A stretch of 64,000 nt of DNA from Somniosus microcephalus. Taxonomy: Eukaryota. The translations under genes were made by a program, and so were the position numbers. A model generated the notes under the pieces. That model worked only from the letters and a program-made list of their open reading frames with translations. It was not told the DNA's origin and made no database searches. The stretch is from the NCBI GenBank assembly GCA_052327205.1, contig CM126217.1, positions 64,604,001 to 64,668,000 on the forward strand, in the 5' to 3' direction. Shown here piece by piece: positions 26,526 to 37,907 of the stretch (position 1 is its first letter; every line of letters starts with the position of its first letter).

Positions 26526-27223
26526 CCTCTCCCTTCTCTTCGGCAGTCCCTCGGAACCGAGGATGACTTGCTTCCACACTAAAAATGAGTTCTCAGGTGA
26601 CTGATGAGTCCAATGCGGGACCTACAGTCTCTGTCACAGGTGGGACAGACGGTGGTTGAAGGGGCGGGTGGGTGGGGTGCTTGGGTTGGCGTGCACTCCT
26701 TGCGCTGCCTGCGCTTGGCTTCTGCTTGCTTGTGGCGAAGAGACTCGAGGTGTTCAGTGCCTTCCCGGATGCTTCTCCTCCACTTTGTGCGGTCTTGGGC
26801 CAGGGATTCCCAGGTGTCAGTGGGGATGTTGCACTTTTTCAAGGAGGCTTTGAGGGTGTGCTTGAAGCGTTTCCTTAGCCCACCTGGGGCTCTCTTGCCA
26901 TGTCGGAGCTCCAAGTAGAGCGCTTGCTTTGGGAGTCTCGTATCGGGCATGCGGACGATGTGCTCCGTCCATCGGAACTGATCGAGCGTGGTCAAAGCTT
27001 CGATGCTGGGGATGTTGGCCTGAGCGAGAACACTGACATTGGTGTGCCAATCCTGCCAATGGATTTGCAGGATCTTGCGGAGGCAGCATTGGTGGTAACT
27101 CTCCAGTGCTTTGAGGTGCCTGCTGTACATGGTCCATGTCTCTGAAGCATACAGGAGGGCGGGTATCACTGCTCTGTAGACCATGAGCTTGGTGCTGGGT
27201 TTGAGGTCCTGGTCTTCAGTCAG
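26526..27223 (-). mobile_element. RTE-clade LINE, 5'-truncated, open ORF with a C-terminal zinc finger
   Basis: TKLMVYRAVIPALLYASETWT...RMPDTRLPKQALY...CPTCDRDCRSRIGLISHLRTH; GTGACTGGG on both sides (26517-26525 and 27224-27232). Confidence 0.9.
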
Positions 27224-27403
27224 GTGACTGGGTATGATGCTGGGAACCTGAGGTCAAGAATGTTGACTAGTATGGACGGGTGGGAGACTGGAAAGACAGC
27301 ATGTTTGGAAGGTAGGATGGGGAGGTTTATAGAGAAATTTGTATTTTTTTAATAATTCAAATTTTTATGCAAAATTATATGATAAAGTTTATTTTTAGGA
27401 GTA

Positions 27404-27803
27404 CAGGAAACTCTCATTTAAACGGCACCTAAATATCCGGAATTCTCTATTAACCGGCAAAATTCATACTCCGAAAACAACACCTCAATAACCGGAAATG
27501 TTGCCGAGTCCGAGTCTCCCGCGGTGGCCGAGTTAGTCAGTGGGGTAGTTCTCCAAACTGCCACTACTCGGCTTCTTGGCGCTGTCAGAAGTCCGAACAC
27601 CTCAATAACAGGAGTCTGATTCTCCCGCGCTGCCAGTAGTCTCTTCAATCCGCCATTTTTCAGTGTGTACTGCGCATTTCTTGATTTTTTTATTTTTGTT
27701 TGTTAAAAATAGCCTTGGTAGATAACCCTCTCCATCATCCGGAATTTTTAATCAACCGGCACCATCCCAGTCCCATCGGTGCTGGATACCAAAGTGTTTC
27801 CTG
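27404..27803. mobile_element. Tc1/mariner-superfamily (Tigger/pogo-like) MITE
   Basis: TA on both sides; imperfect TIRs CAGGAAACTCTC... and ...GTGTTTCCTG. Confidence 0.75.
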
Positions 27804-28556
27804 TATATATATTGTGAGGTGGAACTGTCATGGCAGCTACATCTCAAAGAAAATGGTTCTATTACAGTGATTCGACAGACAATATATGGGCAGAAAGATC
27901 TTGCTTGGCCTTTAGCCTTCCATTTGCCACAATATTTCTGCAGTCGTCAATCTGCTTAATCACCCCCACGCACCCTGATCCCAAGCAAACCTTTTACTCT
28001 CCCATCTTGGTCGATCCCCCTGGAATGGATCTCATCTTTGCTCCCTTGAGTCCAAGGGGTGCAGATGAGCTTATCTGGTGCAAAACTAGTTTAGCCGTCC
28101 ATTACTAGATCTGGCTGGATCACATCAAGCACAATCAGGCCTCATCTCCTCTGCCAAAATCATCTTCTACTTCAGGATTATCCTGGAAAGCCAAGTTAAC
28201 CCCTGACTTCTTTCCTGCATTATCAACCTTCTCCTTAAACCTCACTCCCCTGCCGCCTCCACCCTTACCTCCAAAAGCAAGTGTGAGGAGCTCTTGGTTT
28301 GAGACCATCAATTCAGCAGCCTCTGCTGCTTCCTCCCCTTCCCTGTGCCTACCAAGCCAAACCTCTCCACAGGCTTGTCTCTGCTCTAGCCCTGGCCCGG
28401 TGTATAGCTCTCGTCTCTCTTCTACCTCCCCTCATGCCCTCTCTGAGCTCATCCTGTCCATGATACCCACCTCCTGCTCTCTTGATCCCATTTCCACAAA
28501 ACTACTAACCTCTCTTCCTGACCTCCATGCTAGCTGACATTGTAAATGGTTCGCTC

Positions 28557-28872
28557 TCATAGTCTCAGAATAAAGGGTAGGCCATTTAAGACTGAGATGA
28601 GGAGGAATTTCTTCACTCAGAGGGTTGTGAATCTTTGGAATTCTTTGCCCCAGAGGGCTGTGAATGCTGAGTCTTTGAGTATATTCAAGGCTGAGATACG
28701 TAGATAGATTTTTGGACTCTAGGGGAATCAAGGGATATGGAGATCAGGCAGGAAAGTGGAGTTGAGGTCGATAATCAGCCATGATGTTATTGAATGGCGG
28801 AGCAGGCTCGAGGGGCCGTATGGCCTACTCCTGCTCTTATTTCTTATATTCATATTTCTTATGTTCATATGT
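28557..28872 (+). mobile_element. CR1 3' end nested in L2
   Basis: Close match to 1686-1970; tail GGCCTACTCCTGCTCTTATTTCTTAT. Confidence 0.9.
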
Positions 28873-29382
28873 ACTGTTCCCCCTCCCTTTTAAAACCACT
28901 GTCATCTCCCCCCTCCTTAAAATTTCCAACCATGACCCTTCCATCCTTGCAAACTACCGCCTCATCTTCAACTCATCTTTCCTCTCCAAAGTTCTTGAAT
29001 TCGTTGTCACCTCCTAAATCTGTGCCCATCTTTCTCACAATTCCATGTTTGAATCTCTCCAATCAAGTTTCCACCCCTACCACAGTGCTGAACCAAAGTC
29101 ACAAATGATATCCTTTGTGACTGTGACCGTGGCGCATTATCACTCCTCATTCTCCTTGACCTGTCCACAGCCTTTGACATGGTCAACCACGCTATTCTCC
29201 TCCAATACTATTCCTCCGCTGTGCAGCTTAGTGGGACTTCACTCTTATCTATCAGATCATAGTCAAAGCATTCCAGAATTGGCTTCTCTTCCCACCCCTA
29301 CACTATTACCTCTAGAGTTCCCCAGGGATCTAGTCTTGGGCCCTTTTTCTTCCTCATCTGCATGATGCCTCTTGACAACATT

Positions 29383-30093
29383 GGCCTGGAAATTGCAGCC
29401 GGAGGTTTGCCGCCCGCGTACGCCTCCAAACCGCAAGAAAACTATTTACCTACCTGCTGCCTCCGGAGCTTCGGACTCTTGCAGTCCTGGGCCTGCAGGC
29501 ATACGCCTGTGTAAAGGCCCACACACCCCAGGGGTGCATGCGGTTCGCAAGCATCCCTGGGATCACGTGAACCAGGCCAACCAATCACAAAGGAGGCTTC
29601 CTATTATGCTTATGGAGATTCCATTTACGTACGGAAACCCCTTAAGCATAATAGAAATCACCTAATAAATACAATTTCACAACACTGAAGTAAAAATAAA
29701 TAATGACAGGTTCAAAATTAATTAAACTTTTAATTAAACATAAAATAAAAATTTAATTTTTGAAAAATAAATGTAAACATTTTTAAATGGGACAAAAATA
29801 ACCTAAACTAATTTTAAATGTTTAAATCATTTTAAAAACTTTATTTTAACATTTATTTTAACCCTTACGCTGCTTTTACCGGGCATAAGGTTTCCGTGGG
29901 TATTCGGTGGGCAGTACTCTGCACCAGCGAAAGTGAATTTACAGCGGATGCGTACAATCTGTCAAGGAGAAACTGACAGATTGCAATTTCCGGATTTTTG
30001 CGCATGCGCATCGCACGTGGAATCCTGGAACTTGCAGGGCACTTACGGTGGGGTACGTGCGTACGCCGTCATAGGCCGTGTAACTTCCAGGCC
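29383..30093. mobile_element. Harbinger MITE with AT-rich core, nested in the L2 RT region
   Basis: TIRs GGCCTGGAAATT and AACTTCCAGGCC; perfect ATT duplication (29380-29382 and 30094-30096). Confidence 0.9.
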
Positions 30094-31734
30094 ATTTTCT
30101 GCAGACATGTGATCAGCTTCCACATGTACCCTGACGGCACCCAGGTCAACTCTTCATCATTTCTCTTGACCCTTTCACTGCCTCTGTGTTGGCAAACTGC
30201 TGTCCTACACCCAGTCGTGCCAAGCCGCAATTTCCTCCATTCAAAGTTGGGAAGACTGATGTCATTGTCTTCAGTCCCTGCCACAATCTCGGTACCCTCG
30301 CAACTGATTCTATCATTCTTCCTGACATTTGTCTCAGGCTAAACCAGACTTTCACAATCTTGGTGTCCTAGTCGACTCAGAACTGAGCCTCCGATCCCCA
30401 ATTCTCTCCATCACAAAGACTGCTTAGCTCCATAGCTGCCCTCTGTGCACCTGCCGCTCAAACCCTTATCGATGCCTTTGTCATCTCCAGACTCGACTAT
30501 TGCAATGCTTTCCTGGCTGGTCGCCATTCCGCCACCATCTGTAAACATCAGCTCAGTGAAAACTCTGTTGCCTGTTCCTCTGACTCTTGCCTTTTATTCC
30601 TCCCCCCTCCCTTTACCCTGCCTTCAGCAGTCTAGGCTCCACGCTCCAAAATTTCCTACCTTCTCCTTTGCCTCCAACCTCCCCCTGCTCCTGTAAGACA
30701 TTCTTTAAAATCAACCACTTTGACCAAGCTTTTGGCCACCTCTCCTAATATCTCCTTCTTTGGCTTGGTGTCCATTTTTGTTTAACCTTGGAATGTTTTT
30801 CTATGTTAAAGGCCCTGTATAAAACGCAAGTTGTTGTTGAAATATGATTGGTGAATAATGAAAATAATCAATTAGGAGGAAGAAAAACAAGAACTCTAAC
30901 TAATAAGGAATAAGAAAATTGACAGACATTTAAAGAAGCAAATTGCTGCCCATTTACTGCAGTCACAGAACTTTTTATTCTGTTGATAGATTAAATTAGT
31001 GAATGATTAATTTAACAGCCTGTGGCACAACAGTTTGCAATAGACTATTTTTTTTTATCAGTTTCAAGAAATCCTGATTCAAGTATAATCTTGAGTCAAG
31101 CATAACATTGCTTGGCAAATAAGCATTTCTTAGAATTGATTATTTCAGTAAATTTACATCTTAACATATATTCAAGCAGCCAAAAAATGAAAAATCCACA
31201 AGTACTAACAGTGCAAATGTTGTATTTTGTTTTATATTTGATGTGCACAATAATTTTTAAGAGTAAGTTCAGTTTTCAAGAAAAACTTGCATTGACAGCT
31301 ATATTGTTGTAAAGTGATCACAAAACTGATGTGGGGGTGGTAAATTACTTTTAAATTACACGTTTTAATTTGACAAATGTACAGTACATAAAGCACAGCA
31401 CCATAATTTTCCCCACCAATTCTCTTTCTTTTTCACCCATCCTCTGCTGAAGATGCTGACATCCTGAAGTATGGATCCATGGTCCTGACAACCCTCCATT
31501 ACCTTGCCCAAGTGCCTATTGTTCATATGTGAGAATTGGCAGTCTAGTTGACCGCAGAGGACATTACTGCTTCCTGTGCTGGCTAGATATAGACACACAT
31601 GTACTTTCCAGTAAGAGTAGGGGAGTGGGACTAATTGGATAGCTCTTTCAAAGAGCAGGCACAGGCACAATGATCTGAAGGATTCTAGGAGCTACTGGAT
31701 GATGATCAGAAATGGGAAACTTGACTGATTTTTC

Positions 31735-33646
31735 CTGAGCATAGACAGCTTCAAGAGCACTTCGACAGCAATTCAACACAAAATGCTTTGCTTAAGTCAT
31801 CCCTGCTCCCCTACACCAACATTCCTTCCCAAACATCAGTATCAGGCCTTCCACATTCCTTAGGGCTGCACACAACCCAAACGCCAACATAAGTATGTCT
31901 ATCAAATTGCATTGCTCAACAAGTGCTCACCAAACAAACTTAGCACACCAAATACTAATGATCACCCTGGTGCAAGTGCCTAGTGTCTGTTTTAGGTGCT
32001 CATCCACCTACTCTCCTGCTTTTCCAAGGTGCTACCCCAATGGCTTCAGCATAGGAGTTGGAAGACTGCTTTGCCTCTGATGGGGGCATTTGAGATGCCG
32101 TGGTCAATGATCTCGAAGTTCAGACCTGGGAGGTCCGTATGGAGACTGCAACAACTTGGCTACTGCCAAAATCGCCTGGTCCAACTAGCTTTCTTTTATT
32201 GAGACAGGCAATGGTTGAGTGGCGGCGGGGGAGCAGGTGTGCTGTCATCCCGAGAGGGGATAGCAGGTGCCTCTCCAATGGCACCACTGCCACTTGCATG
32301 GGGCTGTACCTCAGTACTTGCACTGACCTGTGGGACAGAAGATTACAGGAGGGCACTGCTGTTTCATGCTTTCTCACAAGCTTTGTAAACTTGTGGAGAT
32401 GGTGGAGTCCAGATACTGAATGTCACGAATCTGACCTTTAACCAAAGCTGTGTGTGCTGGTGCCACAGGCTCCTAAACTGAAGGCCATACTGTGGCGTGT
32501 ATAGAGCTGACCACACACTCCATGGTTAACTGCAGTGCTTCAATGCCATGAGCGAGAACCTTACAGAATTTGGAAGTGGACGCCTCCACACAATTCAACA
32601 TGGTGCGGAATCTCCCAGGCAAGCCACCAAATGTATTGCAAAATTGCTAGTGCACAGTTATCATTCTTCTTTCAAAGGGCTGGTTCCTTGTCATTGCCCT
32701 CTGTAGCAAAGCTGATATGTGAGCTCAACCTCTGGAGAGTGGTGTATTGTGCTGTCCTTTCCCCTGCCCTTTGCCCCTGCTCGCCTGTGCTCGGTGAATT
32801 ACCCAGTGCAGACCCTGTAACTCGATCCTTACCAGTACGTGGGGTGGCAATTTCTGAGCTGGTGACTGCAAGGTTTAGAGAGATTGATGGTGCATATTCT
32901 GGAGGGCTATCCTCCTCTTCCCCTGCTACTGCTGGGCTTGGGATTTACAATAGAAAGGGAAAAAGGGAGATAAACAAGGGTTAGTACTTCACGGTAAAGG
33001 AAAGCAGTAGCAGATGAGTGGCAGCTCTATACACCAGTCATGTAGTGTGTATGAGGGAGACAGTTCAATTTCAAGAGAAAAAAATGATTGTTAGTGCTGG
33101 GGCTATAGTAGAGGGCTGTGGATTGGAGTCTTACCTTAGCAACTCTGGTCAAGTCATTGAATTTTTTCTGGTATTGCTGCAAGGTCCTAGGTGTGATGCT
33201 TGTAAAATTGATTTGCCGTGCAACCTCTGATCATTGTCACAGTGTTATTTGGTAGGCATTCTGCATCCATCTGTGGGAAAGAAGGCCTCCTTCCTCCTGG
33301 TTACCTTCTCCACCAGGACTTCCACACCACCATCTGAGAAGCAGGTGGCCGTGGCAGCTGTGATTTTCCATAAATCCAGCACTATTAAAGGCAGCATTAA
33401 CCAAAGGCATTCCCCTTTAAGAGGTGCAGGCTGCCTTTAAATCATGAGAGCCCTGTTGGATTTCCCCACCCCTCGTGGGCGAGCTTCCAGTTACAAGTAT
33501 GAGTGGTGCTGACAGCTCGCCTTTCCTATGGTAATGAGGCACACACCTCAAAATGATGCGTGCCTCACACCGTCAGCTTCGGGTGGGTGCAGCAGATGCC
33601 TCGCCCACTTCTCGCCCATTTTGGGCACAAGTTGAAAATCGCCCCC
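31735..33646 (-). mobile_element. Harbinger remnant with a decayed Myb/SANT gene
   Basis: 33135-33371 (-) reads FSDGGVEVLVEKVTRRKEAFFP...SEVARQIN...PRTLQQYQKKFNDLTRVAK followed by a GTAAGA donor; ends TTGAAAATCGCCCCC; left end approximate. Confidence 0.75.
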
Positions 33647-34849
33647 GTCATGCATTGTCCCTTTAACATTCAGCACAGCAAACCCAAATGCTTAGAGCAT
33701 TGTGCGCAAGCAATCAAATTTCTTTAGTGTGAAAATACTGTTTGTATTTTTATAACTGTCCTGATAACTTCCAGCTTTTCTGATGTTTTGAATTCACGTT
33801 TGACTCATTATACTAAGTATATTTTTTTGTATTCAGTCACATCCTTTCAAGACTTTTCACCTGAGGGGCATGTAACTGTACACAGCTTCTTCAGCTGGAA
33901 GGTATGCAAAGCTCAAGACTTCTTTTTGTCTTCTGATGCCAGAGCCTCACTGTGCTTAACTAACAGGAGGCACATTTGCTTCAGGGTGACATGCAGTGCC
34001 ATGAGAAGTCTGTCCTACTGTCCCAGCTGAGAACTGCTGAAAGTCAACCGCTGGCAAAAGAGAGGACCGGGTAACCCTGATATCTGAACCAGGGATTAGT
34101 GGGGCTGTGGTGCATCTTGAGTGCTGTAACAGCCATGCTACTAGGTTGGGCCTCCTAGCACACTCACATAAAAGAAATCCTGGCATTTGGCATTGTATGG
34201 ATTTATGTTATGGATACAGTCATGATGTTTCTGGCAGGGTTTAAAAAGACCAGCACATCAGAAGGAACTTAAAAATATAGAATCGAAATTGGTTAAGTGA
34301 TGATAAAACAATTACGACATTTAGAAATGCTTGAATGCACATTAAGCACATAACATGCTGCAGTGAATAGATGTGCGATTCACAACCAATCTAGCTCGTC
34401 TTTTAGATTGAAGGAGTCTGTGGTACTACACTGACCTCTGCAGGATGATAGCAATCCTGTACAACCACAGGTACTCATTGTTGGAAGCTTTGTTCTATTG
34501 ACACGCTCTTGCTGAACTTGTCATTTCCTGCTACTAAAATGAAATTGAACGTATCGATAAAATAGAACAAGCACTGCACAACTGACAATAATTTCTAACA
34601 ATGCTACTGCACATCTGTGAGATAAGTAAAGATGTCATAGCATATGGCTGAATCTCTAATGTGCCATCAGAGCAATGTTCGTGCATCTCTACATTCTAAT
34701 GAACCGTAGCTTTGCCGATATTGGTAAAAGTACGGATTCTGCCCAAGCCCTTGGCATTCTCTGGCGCAATGTATTGTAGTTTTAAGTTTCAAACTGTAGA
34801 AAATGTGAAACACAAAGAAGCAAACTACGTTGAGTTGATGACATTCTTC

Positions 34850-35200
34850 TTTCTGAGTTAGAAAGTGGTAGGTTCAAGCCCCACTCTAAGCACATAAACT
34901 ATGCTGACACATCACTATGGTTCTGAGGGAGCACTACATTGTCAGAGGTGCCATCTTTCAGATGAGGCCCTGCTGCCTGATCAGATGAAGGTTAAAAAAA
35001 GAAATCCCATGCCACTTTTTTTGAAGAGTGGGGAATTCTCCAAGTATCCTGGGAGAAGGATAATTTATTTCTCAAACAACATTATCAAAAACAGCTAACT
35101 TGTTATTTATCTCATTTGCTGATTCTGAAACCTTGCTGTGTAGAAATTGGCTGCTGTATTTGCCTAGAAAACAGTGACTAGTCTTCAAAAAAGCTTTGTT
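34850..35200 (+). mobile_element. Deu-domain SINE (AmnSINE1/SacSINE1-like)
   Basis: B-box-like GGTTCAAGCCC, then GAGGGAGCACTACATTGTCAGAGGTGCCATCTTTCAGATGAG. Confidence 0.7.
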
Positions 35201-37907
35201 GAAGATACATTGTCACTCAATGTGACCCTTGCATGCACTAGCTCAGATACTGGCACGAGCCATACTTGAGAGGCTGGACTAGAGGACTTGATAAATTTGT
35301 CTTTGTTCTGGTTTGGTGTTGCTGTTTATATCTGTAGTAAAGTGAGGGCAAGACCCATAAGGCTGGACTGAAGGAAGACAATTAAATGGTGGTAGTAAGG
35401 ACGGCGGTGATGAGGATTGCAGGACTAGTGGTGTATTAGGGATGGGAGGGATGGTTCAGGTGAAGCATTCTTCGATGAGCCGCTCTCTCAGAGCTCTGGC
35501 AGCTAGGGACATGTGGTCAATGCTGCTCCTGCTCCTGCTGCACTTGTTGCTGCCTAGCTGGTGGTAAGGGCTCTTCCCTCATGATGGCAAAGTTATGGAG
35601 CATGAAGCAAATGACCACAAATCTGGATAGCCGCTCAGGGCTGTACAGCAAAGCTTGTCCCGAACGGACCAGGCAGCGGAAGCGTTGCTTGAGCAAGCCA
35701 ATTGTTTGTTTGATGACATTTCTGGTGACGGCATAGCTCTCATTGTAGATCAGCTCTGTAGTTGTGCCCAAGTTCCTGACAGGAGTCATGAGCCATGTCT
35801 GGAGGGGATATCCATTGTCGCCCAGTAACCAGCCTGTAGCCTGATGACTGGTTGGAATAACGACAACACAGAGGACTGGCTGAAGATGAAGGAGTCATGA
35901 CTGCCACCAGGAAACCGGGCATACATGTGCATGATGCACTACATGTACTCACAAATCAACTGAACATTGAGGGAGTGGAATCCCTTTCAATTGAAACAGA
36001 TGCCAGGCTGGTGATGGGGAACACACAAGGCAATGTGGGTGCAGTCTTTGGCATCTTGGGGAAGTCTGCCACGTGGACAAAGCCTGGTGCTCTCGTCCTA
36101 CTTCACTCTGTCCAGGTGGAAAGTAATGTAGCTGTTCCTCCTGGTATAAAGAGCCTCAGTGACCTCCCTAATACAGCAGAGGACTGCAAACTGTGAGGCA
36201 TCGCTGATGTCACCTGCTGCAGTTTGAAATGAGCCCATGGCATAAATGTTAAGGGCCACGGTGACCTTGGCCTCCAACTAAATATTTGGAAGACTGAAGC
36301 CATTGTCTTCCGTCCCTGCCACAAACTCCGTTCCCTAGCCACTGACTCCATCTCTCTCCCTGGCAACTGTCTGAGGCTGAACCAGACTGTTCACAACTTT
36401 GGTGTCGTACTTGACTCTGAAATGAGCTTCCGACCACATATCCGCGCCATCACTAAGACTGCCTAATTCCACCTCCGGAACATTGCCTGACTCCGCCCCT
36501 TGCCTCAGCTCATCTGCTGCTGAAACCCTCATCCATGCCTTTGTTACCTCTAGACTTGACTATTCCAACGCACACCTAGCCGTCCTCCCACGTTCTACCC
36601 TCTGTAAACTTGAGGTCATCCAAAACTCGGCTGCACGTGTCCTAACTCGTGCCAAGTCCCGTTCGCCCATCACCCCTGTGCTCGCTGATCTACATTTGCT
36701 CTCAGTTAAGCAACGCCTTGATTTTAAAATTCTCAACCTTGTTTTCAAATCCCTCCATGGCCTCACCCCTCCCTATCTCTGTAATCTCCCTCAGCCCCAC
36801 AACCCTCTGAGATATCTGTGCTCCTCTAATCTTGGCCTCTTAGCGTTCCCGATTTTAATCGCTCCACCATTGGTGGCCATGCCTTCAGCTGCCAGGGCCC
36901 TAGGCTCTGGAATTCCATCCCTAAACCTCTCCGCCTCTCTACCTCTCTTTCCTCCTTTAAGACGCTCCTTAAAACCTATCTCTTGACCAAACCTTTGGAC
37001 ATCTGCCTTAACATCTCCTTATGTGGCTCTGTGTCAAAATTTGTTTTATAATGCTCCTGTGAAGTACCTTGGGACATTTTACTGCATTAAAGGCGCTGTA
37101 TAAATATAAATTGTTGTTGTTGACAGCCAGAGGCAGTGCTGTCCATGCCCTGGTGCGAAGCTTGAGATGTGGTTGCAGCAGGCGATATAGGTCAGTGTCA
37201 GCCTCCTTTGTGAAGTAAGGGTGCCTCATTGTTCCTCCAAATAGTTCATGTAAGAGAAATGCTTCCTGAAGACCCGCTGTGGGTACAGCCGACATTCACC
37301 GTGCCCTCCTCCTGCCTCTTGTCACAGCTGCTCTTGCTTTCTGCTGTCTTCCTTGTTACTCCCCCTTGTTGTCCAGCCCTAAAGACAGGCCTACGTGTCC
37401 ACCTATGACTGTAATCAAACTGTTTTGAAGGCAGGCAAAAATAGCGCAACACCAAGAAAATCTTCTTCTCAGCAGTCAAATTTCAGTTTCCGGAGTCAGA
37501 AAACAAGTTAAAAAAACACCCCGAAGTTAACCAACAGCTTCAATAATAAATCAGCAACTAACCTGTAAGTAATAGTTGATCCCTTTAAATCGAGCTGCTG
37601 AAGGGTCCTTCCCATCTGTTAGCGCCACGAGTTACTGGGCGAGTTTATCATGTGGAGAGTCAGCAGCCGGGGCAGCCCAATATCAGAAAAGGGTCCTACA
37701 ACAAGCATAGGACCCTTATGTAAATATTATAATTCTCCACTTTAATAGTTCTGGTGCACGCCCCGGCCACCGACTGAGAAGCGCGATCCAATATGGCAGG
37801 TGGCACACTTCCGGCTTTCAATGAGCGTGCGCACCCCGCCATATTGAAAGCTTGGACACCAAGTTTGCGCCTGAAAAACGGGCGCAGTGCCATCGAATTT
37901 TTAGGCC
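35200..37907 (-). mobile_element. Harbinger element with a near full-length but disrupted HARBI1-like transposase, split by L2
   Basis: Fragments LYPQRVFRKHFSYM, TALPLAV|KVTVA, GYPLQTWLMTPVRN...IKQTIGLLKQRFRCL...VVICFMLHNFAI; terminus GAATTTTTAGGCC at 37907; left end approximate. Confidence 0.85.
36270..37122 (+). mobile_element. L2 LINE 3' end inserted into the transposase
   Basis: AAETLIHAFVTSRLDYSN...IQNSAARVLT...ITPVLADLH; tail TTAAAGGCGCTGTATAAAT...(TTG)n. Confidence 0.93.

Larger units (their letters stand above)
27950..30840 (+). mobile_element. Decayed L2 LINE, interrupted by a CR1 and a MITE
   Basis: SCSLDPISTKLL, DPSILANYRLI...FLSKVLE, FESLQSSF, ISFHMYPDGTQ; L2 tail TGTTAAAGGCCCTGTATAAAACGCAAGTTGTTGTTG. 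Confidence 0.85.
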
